Assembly: GCA_013239625.1 (NCBI GenBank)
Contig: MU053472.1
Span: forward strand, 1,505,236-1,569,235
Length of the DNA stretch: 64,000 nt
Source: Lama guanicoe
Taxonomy: Eukaryota
Direction: 5' to 3'
The notes beneath the pieces are model-generated. The model was not told where the DNA came from and ran no database searches. It saw only the letters and a program-made list of their open reading frames with translations. Position numbers and translations under genes: made by a program. Position 1 is the first letter of the stretch, and every line of letters starts with the position of its first letter. Below, piece by piece: positions 43,384 to 54,830 of this stretch.

Positions 43384-44231
43384 TGAAAGGAAAACAAACA
43401 TTTCTTCTTTTATTCGCGTTCATAATACTTAACGATGTCAGATGTGTGGGTTTTCCTACACCAAAAAATTCTCCAGTTTTCTGCAGACACCAATTGAGTG
43501 TCCTACAATTCAGCTGTCTGACACTATCCCTCAGGAACTACCATCTGATCCCACAAGTTAAGGGCTCAGTCTCACTTCAGACTCTAATTGCAAGTCCCAG
43601 ATTTCACGTACTCTTCTGACTGGCTGACTATACATCAGGGTTCCCACAGTCATCACCTCGGGTTTGATAATTTGCTAGAATGGCTCATAGAACTCAGGGA
43701 AACACGGTTTATTATATATAATAGATGATATAGATGAACAGCTAGATGAAGAGACATTAGGGAAGTCCAGAAGGGTCCCAAGTGCAGGAGCTTCTGTCCC
43801 CATGAATTTGGGTTGCACCACCCTCCCAGCATGTGGGTATGTCCACCAGCCTAGAAGCTCTCCAAGCCTCATAGTTCAGGGAGTTTTATGTAGGCATGAT
43901 CAATCATTAACTCAGTCTCTAGCCTCTTCACCTCCCAGGAGGATGGTGGTGTGAGGTGGTGAAATTTCCAAGCTCTTAATCATGGCTTATTTTCTTGTTG
44001 ACCAGCCTCATCCTGAAGCTTATCCAGGAGCCCACAAAGAGTTGTCTCATTAAATTAACCAAAGATTCCTCTATCAGGAAATTCCAAGGGATTTAGGGGC
44101 TCTATGTTAGAAACCTGGGTCTGATAACCAAAGACAAAAGATACTCCTAGCACTTTTTACCACCTAGGTTTTAGGATCCTTAGCCAGGAGCTTCGGACAA
44201 ACCAAAATACGTATTTCGTACATCGCTATCA
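43384..44231. mobile_element. MER21-like solo LTR
   Basis: TG...CA termini; MER21-type motifs (GTGTCCTACAATTCA, AAGGGCTCAGTC, TTTGCTAGAATGGCTCATAGAACTCAGGGAAAC, CCCAAGTGCAGGAGCTTCTGTCCCCATG). Confidence 0.75.
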
Positions 44232-44309
44232 TGTGAACACACCGGTTCTTTTAGATATTTTGTAGAACAGATAATTATTGATTTACCTTATGCCTCAAAA
44301 GACTTAAAA

Positions 44310-45418
44310 TAGGTATTAATTACATACTGCTGCACTGTAACATCTCAAAATTTCGCAGCTTAAAGCAACAAATATCCCCACAGCTAGAGTGTCCAGAATC
44401 TGAGAATGACTTAGCTAGGTTACAGTCTCCTGTGGTTGTGATGCAGGAAAATGGATGTGGGGCTTGAGGAGGGCCGTGTCCCAGGTCTCGGTTGAGCCCC
44501 TGGGACGTGCCCCGCCAAGTGTGGGTCTTTGGCTTCGTGCAGGAAAGAATTCAAGTGCGAGCCACCATTGAGTAAAGGTAGATTTATTTAGAGAGATACA
44601 TACTGCATAGAGTGTAAGGCAAGAGAAAGGCAAGGAAAGAGATGTGGGAATTGGGTGCTCAGGTTAAAGTAAAAGTAGGTACACACTCCATAGACAGAGT
44701 GCGGGCGGTCTCCAAAGAGGAGGGAGCGAAAAAGGGCGCTAGGCATGGTGGTGTCAGTTTTTATGGGCTCTGTAGCTTCACACGCCTGCAGGTGGGACCA
44801 TTCCAACTGCCCTGGGGAAGGGGCTGAGATTACCAGGCATTGGGCCACCGCCCATCTTTGGCCCTTTGCCCCTTTGTGGTTAACCTTGGGACTGTCATGG
44901 TGACTGCGGGCATGTTATTTATCACGCTGTTACAATGAGCATATAGTGAAGCTCAAGGTCTACTAGAAGTTAAACCTCTTATTCCTCAAGGCCAACTAGG
45001 AGTTGAAATCTTCCACCATTCTGGTGTTAAATTGCTGTCATTCCTTGAGTGTCTGTGCCCTGCCCCATTCCCTCGTATCTCATTTGCAGTCAAGACAACA
45101 ATCAGGGCTACAGGCATCTGAAGGCTTCAGTAGGGCTGGAGGATCTGCTGCTCACAATGATCACCTATCTCTTGGTCGGAGGCCTCAGTTCCTTGCCACA
45201 TGTGCCCCTCCATAGCATGTCTCACAATATTCCCCCAGAGCAAACAATACCAGAAAAGAACAGGGCAGAAGCCACGTATCTTCCGTAGCCTAACCTCAAA
45301 GCTCTCACGTCATCAATTCACAGACCAAACCTGGATACAGTGTGGGAAGCAACTACATAGGACGTAAATACTAGGAGGTGGGCATCACTCAGGGCCATCC
45401 TGGACACAGTCCATCACA
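44310..45418 (-). mobile_element. MaLR LTR (MLT1F/G-like) split by a younger ERV LTR
   Basis: The halves 44310-44438 and 45083-45418 join into a continuous MLT1 sequence similar to 27810-28460. Confidence 0.7.
44439..45082 (-). mobile_element. ERV1-like solo LTR (644 bp)
   Basis: TG...CA termini and imperfect 4-bp TSD GTTG/TTTG. On the minus strand: TATA-like CATAAAAA (about 44758-44765) and AATAAA (44583-44588). Confidence 0.85.
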
Positions 45419-45679
45419 AAGTAGAAGTTAAGAGCATTAATATGCAAAATGTAGGAGTTTTAGCAATGCTTTCATAAGCTGTGCACTAGGTTTGTTTTGG
45501 TAACATTAATGAACAGTGTTATTTTAATCACCTTCCAGATATCTGTAAGATTCCTCTAGTGAAGTGAAGCATTTTAGTGTATGTTTTCCCCTAAATATAC
45601 AATGTCACTAAGTAAAGCTGAAAACCTAAGTTTATTTTTAGTTTTTCCAATGTTTTCCAATTAAAATTTTTTTAATTCA

Positions 45680-45788
45680 TTTTTCTTTCTGTTGTTGTTG
45701 TTGTTGTTAATGGAGGTACTGGGGGTTGCACCCAGGACCTCGTGCATGCCAAGTACGCACTCTACCACTGAGCTATCCCCCCTACCCC
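45680..45788 (-). mobile_element. tRNA-Ala-derived SINE
   Basis: Family head with a (CAA)n-type tail; flanking AAAACCTAA repeats. Confidence 0.9.
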
Positions 45789-45969
45789 TCAAAACCTAAC
45801 TTTTAATCTTTGAGGCAAAATATTTTGGCAGTATGAATGGTTGCATTAGGGATTACAGGATACAAACTTTTATAATCCACTTAAAATCAATATTTTACCA
45901 CTTAAAGTGGAATGTCGAAAACTTACACTATATTACCTTCACTTTATTTTCTAGTTGTATGGCTATATA

Positions 45970-46407
45970 CTATCAGCCCTCTGTATCGGTGGGTTCTGCA
46001 TCCACGAATCCAACCAACTGTGGATCAAAAAGTTTTTTTTTTTATTCCAGAAAGTTAAAAAAAAGCAAAATTTGAATTTGCTGTATGCAGGCAACTGCTT
46101 ACATAGCATTAGATATTATAAGGAATCTAGAGATGATTTAAAGTATATGGGAGGAGGTACTTAAGTTATATGCAAATATTACACCATTTTATATAAGGGA
46201 CTTAAGGGGGTGGGAGGCTCAGTGGTAGAGCATGTGCTTAGCATGCACGAGGTCCTGGGTTCAATCCCCAGTACCTCCACTAAGGGAAAAATTAGAATAA
46301 AATTATTAAAAAAAATATATATATATATATGGGACTTAAGCATCCTTGAATTTTGGTATTCTCACGGATCCTGGTACAAATTCCCCATGGATTCTGCAGG
46401 ATGATTA
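45970..46407. mobile_element. MER2-like Tigger (Tc1/mariner) MITE interrupted by a SINE
   Basis: TA flanks; CAGCCCTCTGTATCGGTGGGTTCTGCATCCACGAATCCAACCAAC resembles the MER2 end. Confidence 0.75.
46207..46324 (+). mobile_element. tRNA-Ala-derived SINE
   Basis: Head is nearly tRNA-Ala(AGC); TSD ATATA(A/T)GGGACTTAAG at 46191-46206 and 46325-46340. Confidence 0.93.
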
Positions 46408-46997
46408 TACATTGAAAACCTTAGGCAATGATACAATTTTTGCTATCAAAAATCAAACATTTTAAAGAACTCATGAGGAGAATAGTCTAAGATACTCATC
46501 CAAATATCTACCATTACTATTGCTTTTTCTTCATTCTTAATATTGTTTCCCTTTTTTAACTGTTTTCTTTTAGCACTTTAAAATATTTGCCACATAACTG
46601 ACTGTACTTCAAAAAAAATAAATTTAAAAATATATGTCACTTCCTTTGGCCTCCATGATTTCTGATGAAAAACTGGCAGTCATTCAAATGGTTCCCCTGT
46701 AGGTAACACATCGTTTTTCTCTGGCTGCTTTCAAGATTTGTTGTTGTTTGTTTTCAGTTTTCAACAGTACGTTTATGATGTATTTGCATATGGATTTCTT
46801 TGATGTTTTCCTGCTGGAAATTTGCTGAGCATCTTGAATTTGTAAATTTAGGTCTTAGGAAGTTTTCAGCCATTATTTCTTAAAATACTTTTTTCAGAAT
46901 TATATTCTTTTCCTTCTTTGTTTCTTTTTAAACTATTTTCCTTTCTGTTACAGATTTTGTTGTTATATTTTTGAGTTCTAAAATTTCCATTTGGTGC

Positions 46998-48040
46998 TGT
47001 TAACTGAAAAACTGGGCTCATCTCTTGATAGATGTCTAACCAAAAGACACAACCAGGGCAAAGATGGGGAGAAAGAAGGATTTATTACTTGCAGCAAGTA
47101 AGGAGAACACCGGGGATCTTTCTCAAATCAGTGTCTCTTTGAAAGGCAAAACTGGGGAATTTTTAAGCTAAGGACATATGCATAGTCATGAAAGGGCTTG
47201 AGCAGAGGAGAATTCAGCATAAAATTGGGGCAAAGATTGACAGAGTCCAAGCTTCAGTTGATTGAAAAGGTCAACATCATCATTTCATCCTCCACCTAGG
47301 TGGTGACCTTAGCTCCTGCAGAACTCAAAAATACGTATCAGATTATTATGTATATCCCTTGAGTAGGAACTAGTAAGTCAGGAAGGAAGGGGACAGGGCA
47401 CAACCATTAAAAGAATGACACAGCAATGAGCACAAAGATGGCAGAAGATTCAACACCCATGAGGCCTTGAGCTTCATGATACATTCATTGTAATATATTA
47501 GCATAGTAAATGACACACTCACAGGCATCATGACAGTTCTGAGGCTGACAGTAAGGGGTCAAAAAGTGGGCGGTGTTCTAGGTCCTGGGAATTCCAGCCC
47601 TTTCCCTAAAGTAGTTGGAATAAGCCTCCTCTTTCTTAGCATACAAAGTTACTGAGCTCATGAAAACTAACATCTCCTGGTTGCTTTCTCTCATCTTCTG
47701 AGACAGCCTGCACTCTGTCCTATGGAGTATGTGTCTCTCTGAGTAAATCCACCTTCATTCTACTATGGCTCACTCTTGAATTCTTTCCTGCATGAAGCTA
47801 AGGACCCTCACTTGCCCCAGGGACTCGAAGACCTGGGACGTGACCATGCTCTCGTGTGCCCCATTTTCCTGCATCACTAGGACTCTGTTTTATCTCTGAA
47901 CTACTGTGTCTTGACTGTTTTTCCTTTGTTCCAGCAGTCCCCCAGTCCCTTAAGCTCATTAATTACCTGTTCTAGAGCAAGCATTGTGGCCAGGCTTAGA
48001 TCATAAAATGGCTTAGGAAGAAAAAAAAAATCCATGCCAA
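46998..48040 (-). mobile_element. ERV-like solo LTR hosting a nested LTR
   Basis: Begins TGTTAAC, with minus-strand AATAAA near 47082; sequence is continuous across the CTAG TSD. The right end is approximate. Confidence 0.6.
47374..47876 (+). mobile_element. ERV1-like solo LTR related to 44439-45082
   Basis: Perfect 4-bp TSD CTAG (47370-47373, 47877-47880). Shares CTTGAATTCTTTCCTGCA and the terminal CCATTTTCCTGCATCA with the reverse complement of the 44439 LTR. Confidence 0.88.
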
Positions 48041-48226
48041 AGTACTCAATAGGATCATGTTCCTAAGCTCCTCCCTCTCTATAGTCTGCATGGTACTTTC
48101 TCCTTCTTTGGGGCTCCTCTTTTCAGGCAGAAAGCCAGGGCTTTAGGGTCCATGCATTTCTACCACTGTGCTTGCTTTTGGGGCTAAATGGCTTAACCTC
48201 TTGAGTCTTGGTTGTTGTCTGTAAAA

Positions 48227-48540
48227 TGACAGTAGAGAATAACCTTTGTTTTGTTGGAGGTTTACAGGGACACCATGACCTAGCCTAGGGGGATGGCTGC
48301 AAGAACAAAGAATGCCTGCAGCAAGAAGATTACAACAATCAACCACACACCCTCCCTTATTTTTTGTATAAAAGGAGCCTGTATTCTGACTAGAGCGGGA
48401 TGGTTCTCCAAGACATTAGTCGGCTATCCTCTTAGTCAGCCAGCTTTCTGAATAAAGTCGCTATTCCTTGCCCCAACACCTCGTCTCCTGATTTGTTGGC
48501 CTGTCATGCAGCGAGCAGAATGAGTTTGGACTTGGCAACA
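48227..48540 (+). mobile_element. Short solo LTR inserted in a MIR/L2-like relic
   Basis: TATAAAA (about 48367), AATAAA (48451), ends in AACA. Confidence 0.7.
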
Positions 48541-49679
48541 AAATGTAGATAACAATACTACAATGACTGGCATATAGAGCTCAATAAATGCTACCTAACA
48601 TTATGGCTTTTCAAAAATGTTACTACAAAAAAAAAATTACTACAGATTCAGTTAAAAATGTTACCGTGCGAAGCAAGGAGTCCAAAAAAAAAAAAAAACC
48701 GCTACCTAATATTCGTATTAAATTTTTAGCTTCCTAAAATTGTTACTACAAATTCAGTTTTCTCAGCTTTAAAGCAATTTCTATCCAGGGTTATGTATAT
48801 GAGGGGAAGGTAAATTATGCCCTGGGCATCATTAAAAACAGTTGATGAAACATGAAAACGAATATATGTACGTATATATATGACTGAACTATTACTCTGT
48901 ACACCAGAAATTAACACAACACTGTAAACTGACTATACTTCAATTGAAAAAAAAAGTTGATGAAACTAATTTTTGGTCTTTGTCAATAGTTTCACTTCCG
49001 GGTCTCTTTACTTACAAATACCAGCTCCATATTTCAGGATAAATTGTTGGGGTTCTGACATGTAATTTTCCCCATTTAGTAAATAGAGTATTATGAAGAA
49101 TAGAAAATGAACAAATAATCCTTTTGCAAAAGAGCTTACATTTTAGCTAAATAGACAATAGAATTACCTATTAATCATGTAGAAAAGAGTTATAAGGTAG
49201 TACTAATGTATCACAGATAAAGCATAACCATAACTCATGGTTCACCTGGGGCAGCCTTTACCTTAATTTTTGGGTGTAATTATTAATAGAGCCTCATTTC
49301 ATGAAGGGTTCCTGGTAAGGATGATAAATTACATGGCCACTTTATAGATACTAGTTTCATGAGAATGAAAAAGTAAAGGAAAATAATCATTGTATCTTTA
49401 GAAAGTCTGCTGGGCCTGATAATGAGCAGAGTGGATTAGGCTGAAAGGACACAAGATAATAAATACTTAGCACTTTGCATAGCAATGTGGGAAATACTGT
49501 TTTAGAAACCACAGTTATCTAATAATATGCAGGACAGACAAATGGCTGGCACTATTGTAATTAGATAGATGTGAGGTGATAGAACCTTGGATTCTATCCA
49601 AGCTCTACACGGTTTTTTGGTTTTTGCAGGTCTACAAGGTCTAATTAAAATATTTTTAAATTAAAAAAATTAAAAAAAA

Positions 49680-49802
49680 TTTTTTGGGGGTAATTAGGTT
49701 TATCTATTTATTATTATTATTTTTTAATGGGAGTGCCAGAGATTGAACCCAGGACCCTGTGCATGCTAAGCACTGCACTCTACCACTGAGCTATGCCCTC
49801 CC
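49680..49802 (-). mobile_element. tRNA-Ala-derived SINE
   Basis: Family head and tail motif. Confidence 0.88.
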
Positions 49803-50899
49803 AGCTATAACGTTTAGAATTCTCATTTTTCTCAGATTACTACTACTATTATTCAGAAGTTTCAACCTGATGAATGCACCAAAGAAATTCTACATGGTAA
49901 TTAATGTATTTTTATGTCACAATTAGAGGATTTTAGAGAAATGTAATTGTTAATAGACTTATTTTTAGAGCAGTTTCAGGTTCACAGCAAAATTAGAGCC
50001 AAAGGTACAGATGGCCTCTCTCTGCCCTGCCCCACCGTATGCATACCCTCGCTGCAACATCCGCAAGTACAGAGACACAACTGATGGACCTAGACTCGAT
50101 CATGGTAATTTTTTTACCTCTTTGTTTTTCCTGATACTTTACTGACAGTTGAAATGTTAGTGCTCATCATGGTTCTATGTGAAATCAGATTATTTCACCA
50201 CTGCTTAAATCACATGATTATTATCCCAGTGGTTTTGGTGGCCAAAGAAAGTGAGGCAATGCCTTGTTTGACGCTAAAAAAAGAATCCTAATCCTACCAA
50301 AACAAAAACACAGGAGAAAGTAGAAACTGACCTTGACATTTGATTTGCATATGGATAGCTTCCTGATAATTCTCTGGGAACTTTTGTGTTTGGTCTGCAG
50401 GGGGATGGGGTAGGCAATTTTCGTCATTAGTGATTTTTTAGAATGGGCCAGTTTTTCAGCTGGAAGAACATAGGACTCTGGCTTGAAGTCACCCTTCTAC
50501 ACTGAAAATAGGTTTCTGAGCTGGGATTGCTCAGTTCCAAGAACAGATTGTTGAAAAGATTCCCCAAGTCCCAATACTCTGAAATGACTCATGAGCTGGC
50601 AATATGTACTAAGCACCCACATGTAACTTCCATTCAAAAACTGATCACCACAAATTTTATTTTTTATTTGAAGGCTCATGAGAGAATTACACACTATCTT
50701 TATGGAGAAAATTAGAAATAGTTGGTTAAGTAGTAATTAGAACTAGTTAATTTGGAGGAACTTCTAACTGGTGCTAAGAATTTTAAATTTATTTACACCT
50801 CATTAAAAATCTTAGGAGGCTCACAATATTCTTTCCACAATTTACAAAGAATGAATTCAAGGCACAGAAATTCACCTCCACTAAAAAAATGTATAAAAA

Positions 50900-51925
50900 A
50901 CAGGGTTCATCCTATCTCTAAACGTCATCACTCAGTTGCTCAAACCCAAAGCACAGGCATCATTCTTGTTTCTCTGTTTTCCTTCTATCCCACATCCAAC
51001 CCATTATCAAGTTCTTTTAATTCTTTCTTCCAAAATATTCTGAGATTGATTACTTTTCACCTCTACTGCTTTACTTCTAGTTCTAGTTCTAGATGACATG
51101 TCCCCTCTGTTCTACTGAAACAGCCTCCCTACTTGACCCACTGCTTCCACTCTTATCCCCTCCCTGATGACAGTTTAGTCTCTGTTTAGTAGATAGAATG
51201 AACATGACATTTTCTAGTGAAAAATCCTCCGATAGATTCCCACCCTTACAATCAAGCTAAAACTCCTTATTTCCGTCCAGCACCGTACTTCATTTGGGCA
51301 CAGCTTACCTCTCCTAATTAGCTTGCTGTCATTTTCTATTTAATTCACTTTCTTTAAACTTTAAACTGTTTTTCTCATTCTTCTTCAAAATTTATTCCTT
51401 TCTTAGGGCCTTTGTGCTATGTTGTTTCTTTTGTCTGGACTGCTTTTCCTTCAGCGCAGCTTTCTCACCTACTTCATTGAAGTCTTTTCAAATGTCATCT
51501 TTTGAGAGGCCTTCCCTGATCACATTACCTAAAATAAGTCATCTCCCACTTCTATGTATCTGGTTTATTTTTCCCCCATAGCATTTTACACTACTTGAAC
51601 TTCTCTGATTGTGTGTATTTCTGTCTTCCCACCAGAATATAAATTCTCTGGCTGAGGACACATTAGTTGGTTTTTCTTTTAAATTTTTAATTTATTTTAT
51701 TTTATATTTTGGGGGGGGAGATCATTAGGTCTATTTATCTATTTAATATATTTTTTTTTTAATGGAGATACTGGGGATTGAATTCAGGACCTTGTGCATG
51801 CTAAGCATGTGCTCTGCCACTGAGCTATACCCTCCGCCCAGTTGATTTGTTAATTGCTGTTATCTCTACAGCCTAGAACATGCCTGACACATAGCAGGTT
51901 TTCAAACATTTGTTGAAGGAATGAA
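50900..51925 (-). mobile_element. L2 relic interrupted by a SINE
   Basis: Pyrimidine-rich L2 text ending CCTAGAACATGCCTGACACATAGCAGG...CAAACATTTGTTGAAGGAATGAA. Orientation is opposite to the 28480 copy. Confidence 0.7.
51670..51839 (-). mobile_element. tRNA-Ala-derived SINE
   Basis: Family head and tail motif. Confidence 0.9.
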
Positions 51926-52014
51926 CTTGTGTTTGTGATTTTGTTCCCCACCCCCCTCCATAGTTTTGTAGAAGAATAGCGAAAGAGTTACGGCATTTAG
52001 CGATGTGTATAAAA

Positions 52015-53175
52015 TGTTGCAGAGACAATGGGGCGGCCAGTTGGTGACATGGTGATGCGGGTTGGTAAAAGAATCTACCAGAGGTAAAGTATGGGAATGG
52101 AGAGGAGTTTATTAGGGGTATGCTGTCATAGACATTAGCAGGCCCCACAGACAAGGGGTGCCTGTGTGAGTGCCGAGGTGAAGAACAAGGGAAGAGTTCA
52201 ATAGTTACGCTGCTATAGGCAACAGCAGGTGCACAGGTCAGAGGTGCCTGCATGAACACCGAGGGCCGGTTGCTGGGGTCTTTTATAAGGTCGGGTCACA
52301 AGGTGCCTGATCCTCTTGTGCACAAGTCTCTGATTGTTTGCAGGTGAGGTGAGAGGTTTGGGGTCCCTGAAGGGCGGTGGGGTTTGACTCTGATAAGGTG
52401 GGCTAAAACAAGCCAGCATGAGCATTATTTGGGGCTATTAGTTTGTTAGGGGAAACACACCCAGTAAGAATGTACTTTATCTGTTGAGGGATCACTGTCA
52501 GACATCTGAGAGCCCAGGAATCGGGGTTGTTGAACTTTGAAGGAAGTCAGCGGGCCCAATAAGAAACAGCTATTTAAACTGAAAAACCTTATGTGAATGC
52601 TGGTTATTCATTTGTAATTATAACCTATTGGTTTCCTCTGGATTTCCTTTTTGTTTGTTTCTAAGTGATAGTTAACATTTATTTATTTATTTGTTTATTT
52701 GTTTATTTACTTACTTTTACTGAAGTACAGTCAGTTTACAATGTTGTATCAATTACTGGTATACAGCATAATGTTTCAGTCATACATATATATACATATA
52801 TTCCTTTTCATATTGTTTTTCTTTATAGGTAACTATAAGATATTGATACAGTTCTGTGCTATATAGTAGGTCCTTGTTTTTTACCTATTTTACATGTAGT
52901 AGTTAGTATCTGCAAATCTCAAACTGTCAATCAATCCCTTCCCACCTCCTTTCCCCCCGGTAACCAGAAGTTTGTTTTCTATGTCTATGAGTCTGTTTCT
53001 GTTTTGTAGGTAAGTTAATTTGTGTCTTTTTTTTTTTTTTAGATTCCACACATAAGTGATGTCATACAGTGTTTTTCTTTCTCTCCCTGGCTTACTTCAC
53101 TTAGAATGATGATCTCCAGGTCCATCCATGTTGCTGCAGGTGGATTTCCTCTTTATTCATGGGTCAGGGACAACA
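52015..53175 (-). mobile_element. Solo LTR interrupted by an L1 3' fragment
   Basis: Inverted termini TGTTG...CAACA. On the minus strand: TTATAAAA (52281-52288) and AATAAA (52108-52113). Confidence 0.7.
52653..53140 (-). mobile_element. 5'-truncated L1 3' end
   Basis: TSD TGGATTTCCT(T/C)TTT at 52639-52652 and 53141-53154; matches the 3' end of the 25250-26530 L1. Confidence 0.9.
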
Positions 53176-53899
53176 TGAGAATAATAATTATTTAATTCAA
53201 ATAAGTCTAATTTTGAAATATCTGTTGTTAAACCAAATATCTGTTGTTAGGTGTTAAGGAGGATTCAACAATGTGAAATTCTTAGTCTACTAATGCCAAG
53301 GAGGAGTTTAAATTTCTAGTGGGAGAGAATGAGACACGCATTAGGGAAACAACCAAAAAACATTTCAAAGACAACAAGGAAGTAAGCCACTGATAGCAAT
53401 GAGAACAAAAGGAATTCAAGATATTGGAAAGATTCCTTTTTTAGTGGGTTTGATGAAGGAAGCAAATCTTAAAAGACTGATAGTGCTGGGAATTTGTGCT
53501 GTGGAAGAAGATGAATGTTCAAAATCTTTTAATTAGCCTGATAAATATCACTTTGGGTGTCCTTTTTATTGGAACTAATTGAGCATCAGGAGCAAATGAG
53601 TGGTTTCTTGGCTCTATCTGTATCTATATCTATCTCTCCACCACCTGATTAACTGTATATTTCCGGTGAGGTAGTTTGTCTACATTCTCTTCTCCAATGT
53701 GCTAAACCTTACTAACCTACTTACTTATTAAATTTGATAATACTTATGAAGTGCTTAGTACTGGGCTGAGCGTTCACTCAATAAAACAATAAATATTATC
53801 ATTCTTATGAGAAATGTAACTGATGGAATGAAACCAGCGAGATCTCCATGTTTTTTAGGGGAAGTAAGTGTAAACAGGTAAAGTAAAAGTCAGGCATGG

Positions 53900-54830
53900 T
53901 CTACACGCCTAAGTCAAACCGACAACATTACCAGCCGCACCCCTCATTCAGACCACCACCTTGGCTCCAGGGCTGCCCACCAGCGCAAGCCAGGTTAGGC
54001 TCCCGGAAGGTAAACACATCGAAAGGGGTGGGGCAGAAGGCGGGTTCGGGACGGGTGATTGGCCAACTAAAAGTGATTGGCAGCTGCCATGTCCACGTGC
54101 TTTGAGCTTCGAACCAGCTGTCGCGAGAATTCGATGTAAACAGACCGGTTCCCCTGCAGTCCGACTCCCAGCCTGAAAAGCCCGGGTGAGGTGCACAGGC
54201 TTCTGCAGCCCGATGCTTTTTGATGAGGCCACGAAGATGCTGTGTGCAAAGGAAAACCGACATGCTTGTAACTCCTCCCCACCTGCCTGCGTTCGCAACC
54301 GAACCTGACACTTCGGCTTCACCCGAACTTACATACTGTTTTGTTTTCCCTCGAGCCCCAGCGGATTGGATCATATCAGGAGGCGGGTCCGCCTCTTTTC
54401 CACTTGCTGGTTGGCCAAGCTGACCTCTAAGGGCGGTACCAGGCCTCGGCGAGTTTGCTTCTGGGATTGGCTAGAAAGGTAGTTCCGCTGAGGCGTGGTA
54501 GGAAGTGGTGACCGTCAATCACGAGGGGAGACTCCAAACAGTGAGCCTTGAGCTGGAGAGCAGCGTTTACCGGCGGGGCGGCCGGTGAGAGGGCTGGCGG
54601 TGCTGTGGCTTTGGGGAGGCTGTGCGAGGACGAGCGACTAGCACCGTGAGGGGAGAGGGCTTGGCTGGCAGGAATTCGACGAGTGAGAGCTGTCGGGGTC
54701 GGAGGGGGAGGGGAGACAGGGCCAGGGGCCAGAGGGCGGCCGGGGGCAGCGGTGGAGGTTAAGTGGGTAGCGCCGAGCTCCTGTCTTTCAGGAGAGTGGG
54801 GCCTTAGGGGCTGGCGAGGGCCGTCCTCAG
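53900..54830 (+). promoter_or_regulatory. BCAS3: CpG-island, TATA-less promoter of BCAS3
   Basis: Sharp rise in GC and CpG content. Reverse CCAAT boxes (ATTGG at 54058, 54076, 54365, 54466), E-box CACGTG (54094), GC boxes and an ETS core GGAAGT (54501). Confidence 0.85.
54480..54584 (+). other. BCAS3: BCAS3 non-coding exon 1 (start approximate)
   Basis: Donor GGCCG|gtgaga at 54584/54585 inside the CpG island. The TSS cannot be determined from sequence. Confidence 0.65.

Noticed and set aside
46207..46280. Near-complete tRNA-Ala(AGC) gene (also 40283-40356 and the other copies)
   Set aside because: Each copy has an A-rich tail, often a TSD, and independent mutations. These are SINE heads rather than tRNA genes.
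44439..47876. Two related LTRs as the ends of one provirus
   Set aside because: They have opposite orientations, separate TSDs and clear divergence, and there is no gag/pol/env sequence between them.
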